Below, piece by piece: positions 1-8,600 of a stretch of DNA of 11,554 nt. Every line of letters begins with the position of its first letter. The stretch's first letter is position 1. Below the pieces are notes generated by a model. That model made no database searches, had not been told where the DNA came from, and saw nothing but the letters and a program-made list of their open reading frames with translations. The position numbers and the translations under genes were made by a program. Source of the DNA: Candidatus Zixiibacteriota bacterium (GTDB lineage Bacteria > Zixibacteria > MSB-5A5 > WJJR01); NCBI GenBank assembly GCA_036170655.1, contig JAVHPP010000115.1, forward strand, positions 1 through 11,554, written 5' to 3'.

Positions 1-68
1 CGACGAGACTCGAACTCGCGACCTTCTGCGTGACAGGCAGACGTTCTAACCAACTGAACTACGACCCC
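1..68 (-). tRNA. tRNA-Asp(GTC), 3' end truncated by the window edge
   Basis: Reverse complement reads GGGGTCGTAGTTCAGTTGGTTAGAACGTCTGCCTGTCACGCAGAAGGTCGCGAGTTCGAGTCTCGTCG. It has a D-loop with GG, an anticodon loop CTGTCAC (GTC at 34-32) and a T-loop GTTCGAG. The 3' acceptor strand lies mostly outside the window. Confidence 0.96.
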
Positions 69-106
69 GTTTACCTCATCTCTCTTACGACTTCTAAGCC
101 ACCATC

Positions 107-184
107 TGGTGGGCGGTACCGGATTCGAACCAGTGACCCCCTGCTTGTAAGGCAGGTGCTCTGAACCAGCTGAGCTAACCGCCC
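107..184 (-). tRNA. tRNA-Val(TAC) with encoded CCA
   Basis: Reverse complement reads GGGCGGTTAGCTCAGCTGGTTCAGAGCACCTGCCTTACAAGCAGGGGGTCACTGGTTCGAATCCGGTACCGCCCACCA. The acceptor stem is GGGCGGT/ACCGCCC, the anticodon is TAC, the T-loop is GTTCGAA and the 3' end is ACCA. Val(TAC)-Asp(GTC) tandems are common in bacteria. Confidence 0.97.
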
Positions 185-230
185 GACACATCCCGCCAAG
201 GGGATCTTTTCCAGCACCTTGAACAATGAA

Positions 231-500
231 CTAAGCGCCCTGATTCGGCTGCTCGGCCGGAGTCTCGTCACTCCCACGGTACAGAATCGCGATGGGAATG
301 ATTACACAGTAACCCAGGACCAGTAGCAACGGAGCCAGCGTGATCGATCCCTGCGACAGCGCGATATACCCGATGATGATCGCCAGCAGTCCGCCAAGGA
401 AGATGTAGTAATTCTTCTTTGTGAAGGGCAGCGCATCCCCTTTGGTCTTTGTTTGGGCCGGTTTCGCGCGACCGACGGGTTTGAGATCCAGTTTAGCCAT
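231..500 (-). CDS. Small two-TM membrane protein, DUF3098-like
   Basis: 89 aa: basic N-terminus, then LPFTKKNYYIFLGGLLAIIIGYIALS and ITLAPLLLVLGYCVIIPIAIL. This matches from memory the F-x-K-K-N-Y...G(F/Y)...ITLAP pattern of DUF3098. A GGAGAG SD-like motif lies upstream (509-514, minus strand). Confidence 0.8.
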   Translation of the reverse strand: MAKLDLKPVGRAKPAQTKTKGDALPFTKKNYYIFLGGLLAIIIGYIALSQGSITLAPLLLVLGYCVIIPIAILYRGSDETPAEQPNQGA

Positions 501-701
501 CGTTCAGACTCTCCAAGAAACCAGAAAACGGCCCAAAGTCAACTCCAATGTGTGTCCTATTCCGTTGGACACGGTCTTATAGTATCGTCTCAGGAAGTCA
601 GTACGTTCAGCCGCGACCTCTCGTGAATGACTTGACTTGATGATCATATCCCAGGCGGGATCTGACAATTCCCGTGGTGTATCCCGTTGAGAATCCGTCG
701 C

Positions 702-1298
702 TTAACTCTCTTTGACGGTGGTCTCCAACCACTCGCACCACAGATGCAAGCAGAGAATCTGGACTTCCTGAATCCTCTGGGTATTGTCGGAGGGCACGAT
801 GATGGCACAGTCGGCGAGCGGCCGCAGTGATCCGCCGCCTTTGCCAAGGAGGGCAACGGCGCCGATGCCAATCGTCCGTGCCGTCTTCGCGGCGACCAAC
901 AGATTGGGGGAGTTCCCGGACGTGGAAATCAAAATGAGCAGGTCGCCTTTCTGTCCCCGTGCCTCCAGTTGGCGGGAGAAGATGTGTTCAAAGCCGAGAT
1001 CGTTGGCGGCGGCGGTGAGGATTGATGTGTCAGTGGTTAGCGCTATGGCAGGGAGAGGGCGGCGTGTCGAATTTGAGTCAAGGCGCACCACCAATTCGGC
1101 GACAAAGTGCTGAGCGTCGGCGGCCGACCCGCCGTTGCCACAGACATAAACATGGCGGCTATTATTAAACGTATCCCGCAGCAGTTCGAATCCGTGCCAG
1201 AGATCGCCAAACGAACCGGCAATCAGATTCTCGGCCGCGCTTCTCGTCTCCGATATTGCTGCCAGCGCTTGTTTGCGGGCGGCTTCCCCATTGGTCAT
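702..1298 (-). CDS. gmhA: D-sedoheptulose-7-phosphate isomerase (phosphoheptose isomerase, SIS domain)
   Basis: Canonical motifs CGNGGSAADAQHFVAEL, ALTTDTSILTAAANDLGFEHIFSRQLEA, ISTSGNSPN and RIQE..LH are present; 198 aa. The start overlaps the upstream stop (ATGA, 1298-1295). Confidence 0.92.
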   Translation of the reverse strand: MTNGEAARKQALAAISETRSAAENLIAGSFGDLWHGFELLRDTFNNSRHVYVCGNGGSAADAQHFVAELVVRLDSNSTRRPLPAIALTTDTSILTAAANDLGFEHIFSRQLEARGQKGDLLILISTSGNSPNLLVAAKTARTIGIGAVALLGKGGGSLRPLADCAIIVPSDNTQRIQEVQILCLHLWCEWLETTVKES

Positions 1299-2059
1299 CT
1301 GACAGCCGTCCTCGCTACGGGGCGTACTGAATTCGTCAGCGAATCCAGCAGTTCCATCGACTGGTCATGCTCGAATGCGGTTCCCACGACGACGAAGTCG
1401 GCGCCGGCGGTTGTCGCGGTCATGCACGCTTCCGGTGTCTTGATCCCGCCGCCGACGATAAGCGGAACCGAGATCGTCTTCTTCACCTGCTCAATCACCC
1501 TCGGCGAAACAGGGCGGACAGCGCCTGAGCCGGCCTCGAGATAGACAAACGCCTTCCCCATGTACTCGGCGCAAAGGGCGTGGTCACAGATCGATTGAAC
1601 GTCACTTTCGGACATTGGCGTCGTGCCGCTGTAACGGACGACGGAGGTCGCTACGCCGGTGTCAATCAGGATGTATCCGGTCGGGATTGGCTCGATGCGA
1701 TGCTGACGAATCAACGGCGTTCCCTTCACCTGTTCGCCCACCAGATAATCGGGATTGCGGCCCGACAAGAGCGACAGGAACAGCACCGCGTCCACAGGAG
1801 GCGTCACCTGCGACGCCGCGCCGGGGAAGAGAATCAGCGGGATGCGAGTGTGCTGCCGGAGGCAGGCGACGGCGCGATCGTAATTCGTGCCGCCATTCTG
1901 GGACGTCCCCACGAGAAAGGCGGTCACGCCGCAACGCTCCGCCTCTTCCCAGCGCGGGTCTGGATATTGTATGTCGATCTTGTCTGGGTCGACCAGCCAG
2001 AAAAAGCCCGGGCCTGTGCGGCGGGCATCCAGCAGGCGCCTGTATACCGGGCCGTTCAT
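1295..2059 (-). CDS. Geranylgeranylglyceryl-phosphate synthase family protein (GGGPS/HepGP/PcrB family, group II-like)
   Basis: Motifs LVDPDK, LILFPG, SLLSGRNPDYLVGEQV, IPTGYILID, YLEAGSGA, PLIVGGGI and GADFVVVGT. At 254 aa it has TIM-barrel prenyltransferase size. The start overlaps the alaS stop (ATGA, 2059-2056). Confidence 0.93.
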   Translation of the reverse strand: MNGPVYRRLLDARRTGPGFFWLVDPDKIDIQYPDPRWEEAERCGVTAFLVGTSQNGGTNYDRAVACLRQHTRIPLILFPGAASQVTPPVDAVLFLSLLSGRNPDYLVGEQVKGTPLIRQHRIEPIPTGYILIDTGVATSVVRYSGTTPMSESDVQSICDHALCAEYMGKAFVYLEAGSGAVRPVSPRVIEQVKKTISVPLIVGGGIKTPEACMTATTAGADFVVVGTAFEHDQSMELLDSLTNSVRPVARTAVR

Positions 2060-4638
2060 TGGCTGACCATCGCGCGCAGTTCACGCAGGAAAACAGCTCG
2101 GGCGCTGTCCCAGGCATCGAGACCGGGCGCTTTCCCTTTCGCGAAGTCAGACCGGCCGCCACCGCGGCCTCCCATGTGCGATGCGACCGCACCCAGGAGC
2201 TTGCCGGCATGGATACCGCGTTTCGCGGCCGTGGGACTGGCCGTGACAACCAGATCGCCGGAGGCAGAGGCGATCGCCGCCACGACTGCGTCATCTTGTG
2301 CCTTGGCTTGATCGGCGAGGGCGACCGCCTCTTCGGCCGAACCATCGGTCAGCCGGTGGAAAAGAATCTTCAGGCCAAGATCGGTGATGGTCTCGAACTC
2401 GATCGCCGCGGACGTGCCCGCCGCCAGTTTCTTTCGCATCTGCGTCAGTTCCATCCGCAGGTTTCGGATCTCCGCCAGCGCATTCTCGATGCGATCGAGC
2501 ACTTTGTCCGGTGATGTTTTGAGTGTCTCTGCGGCGCGTTGCACTGTCGCTTCGTCCTGCCGCGCCTTCTCGTAGGCTGCCTCGCCGGTGATTGCATCGA
2601 TCCGCCGCACCCCCGCGGCAACGCCGGTTTCGTTCTTGATGCGAAAGAAGCCGATCTCGCCGGTCGTGCGGACATGTGTGCCCCCGCAGAGCTCGGCGGA
2701 GAAGCCGGCGATTTTCACGACGCGCACCACGTCACCGTATTTTTCGCCAAACAGGGCGGTGACACCGTCGGCAATCGCCTTGGGGTAATCGGTGTGGTAC
2801 AACGCGACCGGTGTATTCGCGAGGATCTCGCGGTTCACGATCCGCTCGACTTCTTCGATCTGCCCGTCCGTCATCGGGCCGGTATGCGAGAAATCGAAGC
2901 GCAAATGGTCGGGCGCCACGAGCGACCCCGCCTGCTGGGCGTGAGGACCGAGCACGGTTCGCAGCGCCTTGTGCAGCAGATGGGTCGCGGTATGGTTGCG
3001 CTGGATCATGCGGCGACGGGGTTCGTCGACCGTCGCCGTTACACTGCGGTCCACCCACGCCGATGGATCCCCCTTGGTCACGTGACCGTGATGCACGATC
3101 GCCTTGCCAACCTTCTCCATCCGTTCGACAGTAAATATCAATTGATCGCCGTCTGTGATCTGACCGTGGTCATCAATCTGTCCGCCGGACTCGGCATAGA
3201 ACGGAGTCTGATCGAGCACGAGCGCCGTCTGATCTTCGGATGCCCAGAGCAATGTCGCCTCGAGCTGGATTGTGTCGTAGACGAATTGCGATTCCAGTCC
3301 CAGGCCGCTGGCAGCCGAAGCGGTTTGATCCCGGAAGGCGGTCTGCGCCCGTGACCGGTCGCGCTGCCCGGCCAGCGCTTTCTCAAAACCTTCGGTATCG
3401 ACCTGCAAGCCCGCCTCGCGCGCCAGGACTTCGGTCAGATCGAGAGGGAATCCAAACGTGTCATACAGCCGGAAGGCCTCTTCACCGGCAATGATGCCGT
3501 TTTGTGCCGCATTCTTCGCCGTCTCAAAGCGGGCCAGTCCCGCATCCAGCGTCTCGGCAAATCGCGACTCCTCGGACTCGATCACGTGCGTCACGTGATC
3601 GCGGCGCGGGGATAGTTCCGGGTAGGCCGCGCCCATGATTTCGATCACACGGTCAACAAAGCGATAGAGAAAGGGCCCCTGGTAGCCGAGTGTCTTGCCG
3701 TGCCGCGCGGCGCGGCGCAGGATGCGGCGCAGGACATAGCCCGCGCCTTCGTTGCCGGGCATGCCCCCGTCGGCAATCGCAAACACCAGCGCGCGCAGGT
3801 GATCGGCGCAGACACGGTGGGGAACGCCCCGTGCGCCACGGTCATAGGGGACACCGCTGTCGGATGCCAGCGCCCGAATGATCGGAAGGAACAGATCGGT
3901 ATCGTAGTTCGAATGGTGTCCCTGAACCACAGCCGCCAGGCGTTCGAGCCCCATGCCGGTGTCAACCGACGGTCTGGGCAGCGGCTCCATCCGGCCGTCG
4001 GATTTGCGGTCGTACTGCATGAAAACCAGATTCCAGATCTCTAAGTAACGGTTGCAGTCGCAGTTGACCGTGCAGTCCGGCCGACCGCAGGAGTACTCCG
4101 GGCCGAAATCATAGTGGATCTCGGAGCATGGCCCGCATGGTCCAACGTCCCCCATCGACCAGAAGTTCTCCTTCTCGCCGAAGCGGCGAATGCGGTCTTT
4201 GAGCTCGGGCGCGACCTTGCGCCACATCGCCTCGGCATCATCGTCGGTCGTGTAGACCGTTGCCCAGAGCCGCGATGAATCCAGCCCGACGGTCTTGGTG
4301 AGAAACTCCCAGGCCAGCGCAATCGCCGTCTCTTTGAAGTAGTCGCCGAAAGAGAAATTGCCCAGCATCTCGAAAAACGTGTGGTGACGCGGTGTCACCC
4401 CGACATTCTCCAAATCGTTGTGTTTGCCGGACACGCGCAAACATTTCTGCGCCGAGCAGGCCGTCTTGTAAGGGCGAATCTCCTGCCCCAGAAAGACGCC
4501 CTTGAATTGATTCATGCCGGCATTGATGAACAACAGCGAGGGATCGCCCTTGACCAGCAGCGACGAAGATGACACGACGGTGTGTCCTCGCTGGGCCAGA
4601 AACGAAAGGAAGGCAGATCGCAGTTCAGCAGCAGTCAT
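2056..4638 (-). CDS. alaS: Alanine--tRNA ligase
   Basis: DPSLLFINAGMNQFK, HHTFFEMLGNFSFGDYFK, EIWNLVFMQY, DTGMGLERL, GYVLRRILRRA and FRLYDTFGFP are present. Editing-domain motifs HTATHLLH and ELCGGTH and the C-terminal GGRGGG of the DHHA1 domain follow; 860 aa. Confidence 0.99.
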   Translation of the reverse strand: MTAAELRSAFLSFLAQRGHTVVSSSSLLVKGDPSLLFINAGMNQFKGVFLGQEIRPYKTACSAQKCLRVSGKHNDLENVGVTPRHHTFFEMLGNFSFGDYFKETAIALAWEFLTKTVGLDSSRLWATVYTTDDDAEAMWRKVAPELKDRIRRFGEKENFWSMGDVGPCGPCSEIHYDFGPEYSCGRPDCTVNCDCNRYLEIWNLVFMQYDRKSDGRMEPLPRPSVDTGMGLERLAAVVQGHHSNYDTDLFLPIIRALASDSGVPYDRGARGVPHRVCADHLRALVFAIADGGMPGNEGAGYVLRRILRRAARHGKTLGYQGPFLYRFVDRVIEIMGAAYPELSPRRDHVTHVIESEESRFAETLDAGLARFETAKNAAQNGIIAGEEAFRLYDTFGFPLDLTEVLAREAGLQVDTEGFEKALAGQRDRSRAQTAFRDQTASAASGLGLESQFVYDTIQLEATLLWASEDQTALVLDQTPFYAESGGQIDDHGQITDGDQLIFTVERMEKVGKAIVHHGHVTKGDPSAWVDRSVTATVDEPRRRMIQRNHTATHLLHKALRTVLGPHAQQAGSLVAPDHLRFDFSHTGPMTDGQIEEVERIVNREILANTPVALYHTDYPKAIADGVTALFGEKYGDVVRVVKIAGFSAELCGGTHVRTTGEIGFFRIKNETGVAAGVRRIDAITGEAAYEKARQDEATVQRAAETLKTSPDKVLDRIENALAEIRNLRMELTQMRKKLAAGTSAAIEFETITDLGLKILFHRLTDGSAEEAVALADQAKAQDDAVVAAIASASGDLVVTASPTAAKRGIHAGKLLGAVASHMGGRGGGRSDFAKGKAPGLDAWDSARAVFLRELRAMVSQ

Positions 4639-4760
4639 CAGATTCCCCGTGTCTCACAGCACCGGAGCGCCAAGTAATGCAGAGTCAGAGTTGAAAGCAA
4701 GCAGGCGGTGCATGCGCGGCCGAACGGGCCCTTCTGCGGTCTGATTGCCGGCAGCGGCAG

Positions 4761-5387
4761 TCACCGCCATTTGGGATAGTGTTCCGTGATGACCTGCTGG
4801 ATGTCCTCGTAGGCGAAGCCGCGGCGCGCCAGAAAACCCAGCAGCCGCTGCTTGATCTTCTGTTGGTCGCGCGACGATGGTGTCAGACGGGCGAGACGGG
4901 CCCCGATCAGCTCGCGCAGGGCGGATCGCTCATCCGTAGGCGTGTACTTCTGTAGAGCCGCGTCGATCTCAGGCCGCGAGATGCCCTTCTGCCTCAGCTC
5001 GAACGCCAGCGCAACGCGGCCGCGTGGCGAGAGGCGGCGCCGTGTTGCAACCCATGCGTTGGCGAAGCGTGTGTCGCTTTGCAATTTTTCCTGTTCCAGT
5101 TGTGCGAGTGTGGATTCGACCAGCGCGGGCGTGAATCCTTTGCGTTTCAGCGCCGCTGACAATTCCACACGGGACCGTTCGCGGCGCGCCAGGAGTGAAA
5201 TCGCTGCTTCACGCGCCGCAATCCCCTCGAGTTCCCGGCGCCGCGCCACCGACAACGACTCTCCCTCGGTCACCGACTTCGCCGTGATCACCTTGCGCGA
5301 CAACTCGAAGGCAAACGTCCCGTCGATTTCGACACGCACACGACCCGGCCGGGCGGGGTGGGTCCTGAGGGTGGTAATGGTTGGCAT
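4761..5387 (-). CDS. recX: Regulatory protein RecX (likely start at ATG 5387, 208 aa; the ORF track extends it to 5537)
   Basis: AISLLARRERSRVELSAALKRKG, LQSDTRFANAWV, GRVALAFELRQKGIS and a C-terminal FLARRGF match the RecX three-helix repeats. The long-form N-terminal extension is MPTITTL...RVRVEIDGTFAFEL. The extra 50 codons upstream look non-coding. It sits directly upstream of alaS, as in many bacteria. Confidence 0.9.
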   Translation of the reverse strand: MPTITTLRTHPARPGRVRVEIDGTFAFELSRKVITAKSVTEGESLSVARRRELEGIAAREAAISLLARRERSRVELSAALKRKGFTPALVESTLAQLEQEKLQSDTRFANAWVATRRRLSPRGRVALAFELRQKGISRPEIDAALQKYTPTDERSALRELIGARLARLTPSSRDQQKIKQRLLGFLARRGFAYEDIQQVITEHYPKWR

Positions 5388-5660
5388 ACTCTCACGAATG
5401 TACCCGGTGGCATTGACTTCGGGCAAACTCTCTCGTCTTTTCCTCCTGATACCACCGCGCCTGTCGTCAGTCACTGGCCAGATATTTCGTTGCCCTGCAA
5501 GGTTATACGCTTTTTTCGTGCGCTTGCCGCGATTCAAGAAAAGGCCCGTGATGTCGATATGCTGAATGAGTCAGTCCCGAAGCGAGAGGGGAGGGTGTCG
5601 CACGCGCGGCGCCGGTTCGAGATGCCTCCAAGAGCCCCGCACACTTGCGGGGGGTGAATT

Positions 5661-8600
5661 ATGGCGCTGAAAACCGTCCTGCTGGTCTCGGTCATTCTGC
5701 AATTCGCGGCTGCCGTGATGGCGTTGCGGCTGGGGCGTGTGAGCGGACATCGGTGGGCTTGGCTGCTGGCCTCTCTGGCCATTTTTCTCCTGGCCGTCCG
5801 GCGCTGCTTTGTCCTCTATCGGTTCGTCATTGGCGATCCAGCGCACCCGCCGGACCCATACGGCGAGGCCGCATCCTCTCTGGGCTCGGTTCTGATCTTC
5901 ATCGCCATGTTTGCTGTTGGACGCCTCTTCAAGGATCTCCAACAGGCCGAAACCGGACTGAAAGACAGCACGGAGCGCTACCGGTCTGTCATCAGCGTGC
6001 TGGACGAAGGCATCCTCGTTCGGGATGCGTCGGGATGTTTGATCTCCTGCAACGCCGCCGCCGGGCATATTCTGGGCATTCCGGCGGAAAAGATGATGGA
6101 CAGCGCCAGCATGGCGGCCGCGTGTAACCTCGTACACAAGGATGGTTCCTCGTTCCGGCCGGAAGAAGATCCTTTGGTTGCGGCATCGGGAATCTCGCAG
6201 TCCCACGCCAGCGTCACGCTGAGTCTGAAGCGAGACGGGAAATCGCCCATCTGGATTTCTCTCACATCCCAGCCACTTTGCCGCGAAGGCGAAGATACGC
6301 CGTACGCAACGATGCTCTCGTTTACCGATATCACCCAAACCAGACAGGCCTCGTTGCAACTTCAGAAACGTCTCGATCAGATTCAGTCGATCTACCGGCT
6401 CAGTGACGCCGTGGTGCGTGCCGAAACGCTGGCAGCGGTCTATGACGAGGCGCTCAACGGGATGATGCAGGCGCTCCGGACAGACCGCGCCGCCATTCTG
6501 CTGTTCGACGATGACGGCGTGATGCGGTTCAAGGCGTGGCGCGGGCTCTCCGACGGATACAGACGGGCCGTGGATGGACATTTGCCCTGGAAGATCACCG
6601 ATGTGAATCCTCAGCCTGTTCTGGTTCCGGATGTTGACGCCGATCCCAGTCTCGCGGCGCTCCGGCCGGTGATCAGTGGGGAAGGCATCCACGCGCTGGC
6701 ATTCGTCCCGCTCATCTGCAAGGGAACCCTGCGCGGGAAGGTCATGCTCTACTATGATCAGCCCCACCGGTTCGATGACGAAGAAATCTGCTTAGCCCAG
6801 ACAATCGCCGGACATATCGCCCTTGCCATCGAGCGGAAACGGATGGATGAGACAATCCGCAAGAGTGAGGCACGGCTGAACGAAGCGCAACAGCTTGCCC
6901 ACATCGGCAGTTGGGAACTGGACATTGGAACCGATACGCTGGTCTGGTCGGACGAGATGTACCGGATATTCGAGATCGATCCGGGCCATTTCGGTGCGTC
7001 ATACGAGACATTCCTCGCTGCGGTCCACCCCGAGGATCGGGAGATGGTGGACAAGGCGTACTCAGATTCTCTCGCTGGTGGGATCCCCTGCCATGGTGTC
7101 CATCGCCTCCTCTTTCCCGACGGACGGGTGAAGTACGTTCATGAGCGGGGTGAAACGCTTTATCATGCCGATGGACAGCCACTGCGTTCGTTCGGAACCG
7201 TGCAGGACATCACCGAGCGCAAGCAGGCCGAGGAACTGATCGTGATGCTCAAGCACTCGCTTGACGTGCATCGCGACGGCGTCTACTGGATGGACACCGA
7301 CAATAAGTTTGTGTATGTCAATAAAGCGGGAGGCGAGGTCCTCGGATACACGGCCGAAGAGTTGATCGGGGAGTCGATTCTTGATGTCAATCTGGGCGCA
7401 TCACGCGAGGCCATGAACCGAGTCTGGAAAATCCTGCGCGCGGACGGGTTCTTCTTCGGCGAAGCGGTGCATCGCCGCCGGGATGGCAGCGAGTTTCCGG
7501 TCGAGATCATGACGACCTATGTGCAACATAACGGCCGTGAGTACGCTGCGGGTTTTGCGCGCGACATCACCGATCGCAAGAAAGCCGAAGAGGAATTGGT
7601 GCGGGCCAAACGGCTCGAGGTGGCCGGACAACTCGCGGGACAGATCGCGCATGACTTCAACAACCTCTTGGGTCCGCTCATCGCCTATCCCGAACTGATT
7701 CGAGAGCACGTGAACGGCGACCCCCGGATTCTGGACATGCTGAACGACATGGAGACCGCCGCCTGCCGGATTGCCGACATCAATCAGCAGCTCTTGACGC
7801 TCGGCCGACGCGGACACTACAACATCGAGGTCATAGACCTGAATACGCTGGCCGGCATGACGCTGCGCACCCTGGATATTCCTTCGGGCGTCGTTGTCCG
7901 GCGTGAACTCGCGGAGGACTCGCTGCCGGTGCGCGGTGGGCCTGCGCAGGTTGCCCGGATTCTGGCCAACTTGATGACCAACGCATTTGACGCCATGCCC
8001 GGTGGTGGCACATTGACCGTGCGCACCCGCAACGTGCTCCTCGATCATTCACTCCCGCGTTACCGTCAGATCCGCGCCGGTGACTATGTGTGTGTGGACA
8101 TCACCGACACCGGACGCGGGATTCCGGCAGATATCCTGGACCGTATCTTCGAACCGTTCTTCACGACGAAGAAAGCCGATCGCAAACGCGGCAGCGGGCT
8201 CGGGCTCAGTGTGGTCCATTCCGTGATGGCAGACCACGAAGGGTATGTCGATGTGCAAAGCGTCCCCGGTCAAGGGACAACGTTCAGCGTTTATTTTCCC
8301 GCTTGCGCCACGGATGCGCGAGTGCTTTCCCCGTCGGACGAGGACGTGCCACGGGGGCACGGCGAACGTGTGCTCGTCGTCGATGATGACCCGGCCCAAT
8401 TGCGCCTCGCCGAACAGATACTTTGCCGGCTGGGCTATCAGGTGCATACCGTCACGGGCGGTGAAGAGGCTGTGGCGTATGTGGCCGGTCATTCCCAGGA
8501 CATCGTCCTCTTGGACATGGTCATGGATGGAATCGACGGCGCGGAAACTCTGCGGCGCATCAAACTTCAGTATCCCGGCCAGGTGGCCTTGATTTTCTCC

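Noticed and set aside
71..277. 68-aa minus-strand ORF
   Set aside because: It runs through the tRNA-Val gene and is a spurious translation.
1107..3354. Plus-strand ORFs of 145-299 aa overlapping gmhA, GGGPS and alaS
   Set aside because: Their Arg/Pro/Ala-rich or motif-free translations are typical of off-frame or antisense reading of real genes.
4639..4760. Possible T-box or attenuator upstream of alaS
   Set aside because: The gap is only 122 bp, and I found no T-box consensus (AAGGTGGTACC-like) or U-tailed terminator on the minus strand.
5388..5537. 50-codon N-terminal extension of recX from a TTG start
   Set aside because: It has no RecX-like character. The ATG at 5387 gives a typical long-form RecX N-terminus.
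5560..5660. GCTGAAT...GGGGTGAAT resembling fragments of the c-di-AMP (ydaO) riboswitch
   Set aside because: The other conserved elements (GGAGGAACC, CCCG..AGCTAAC) are absent, and the second fragment is simply the SD region.
5571..6767. 398-aa minus-strand ORF (and the antisense ORFs at 7401-8048 and 8049-8762)
   Set aside because: They lie antisense to the well-supported kinase and have no recognisable motifs. Long shadow ORFs are expected opposite GC-rich genes.
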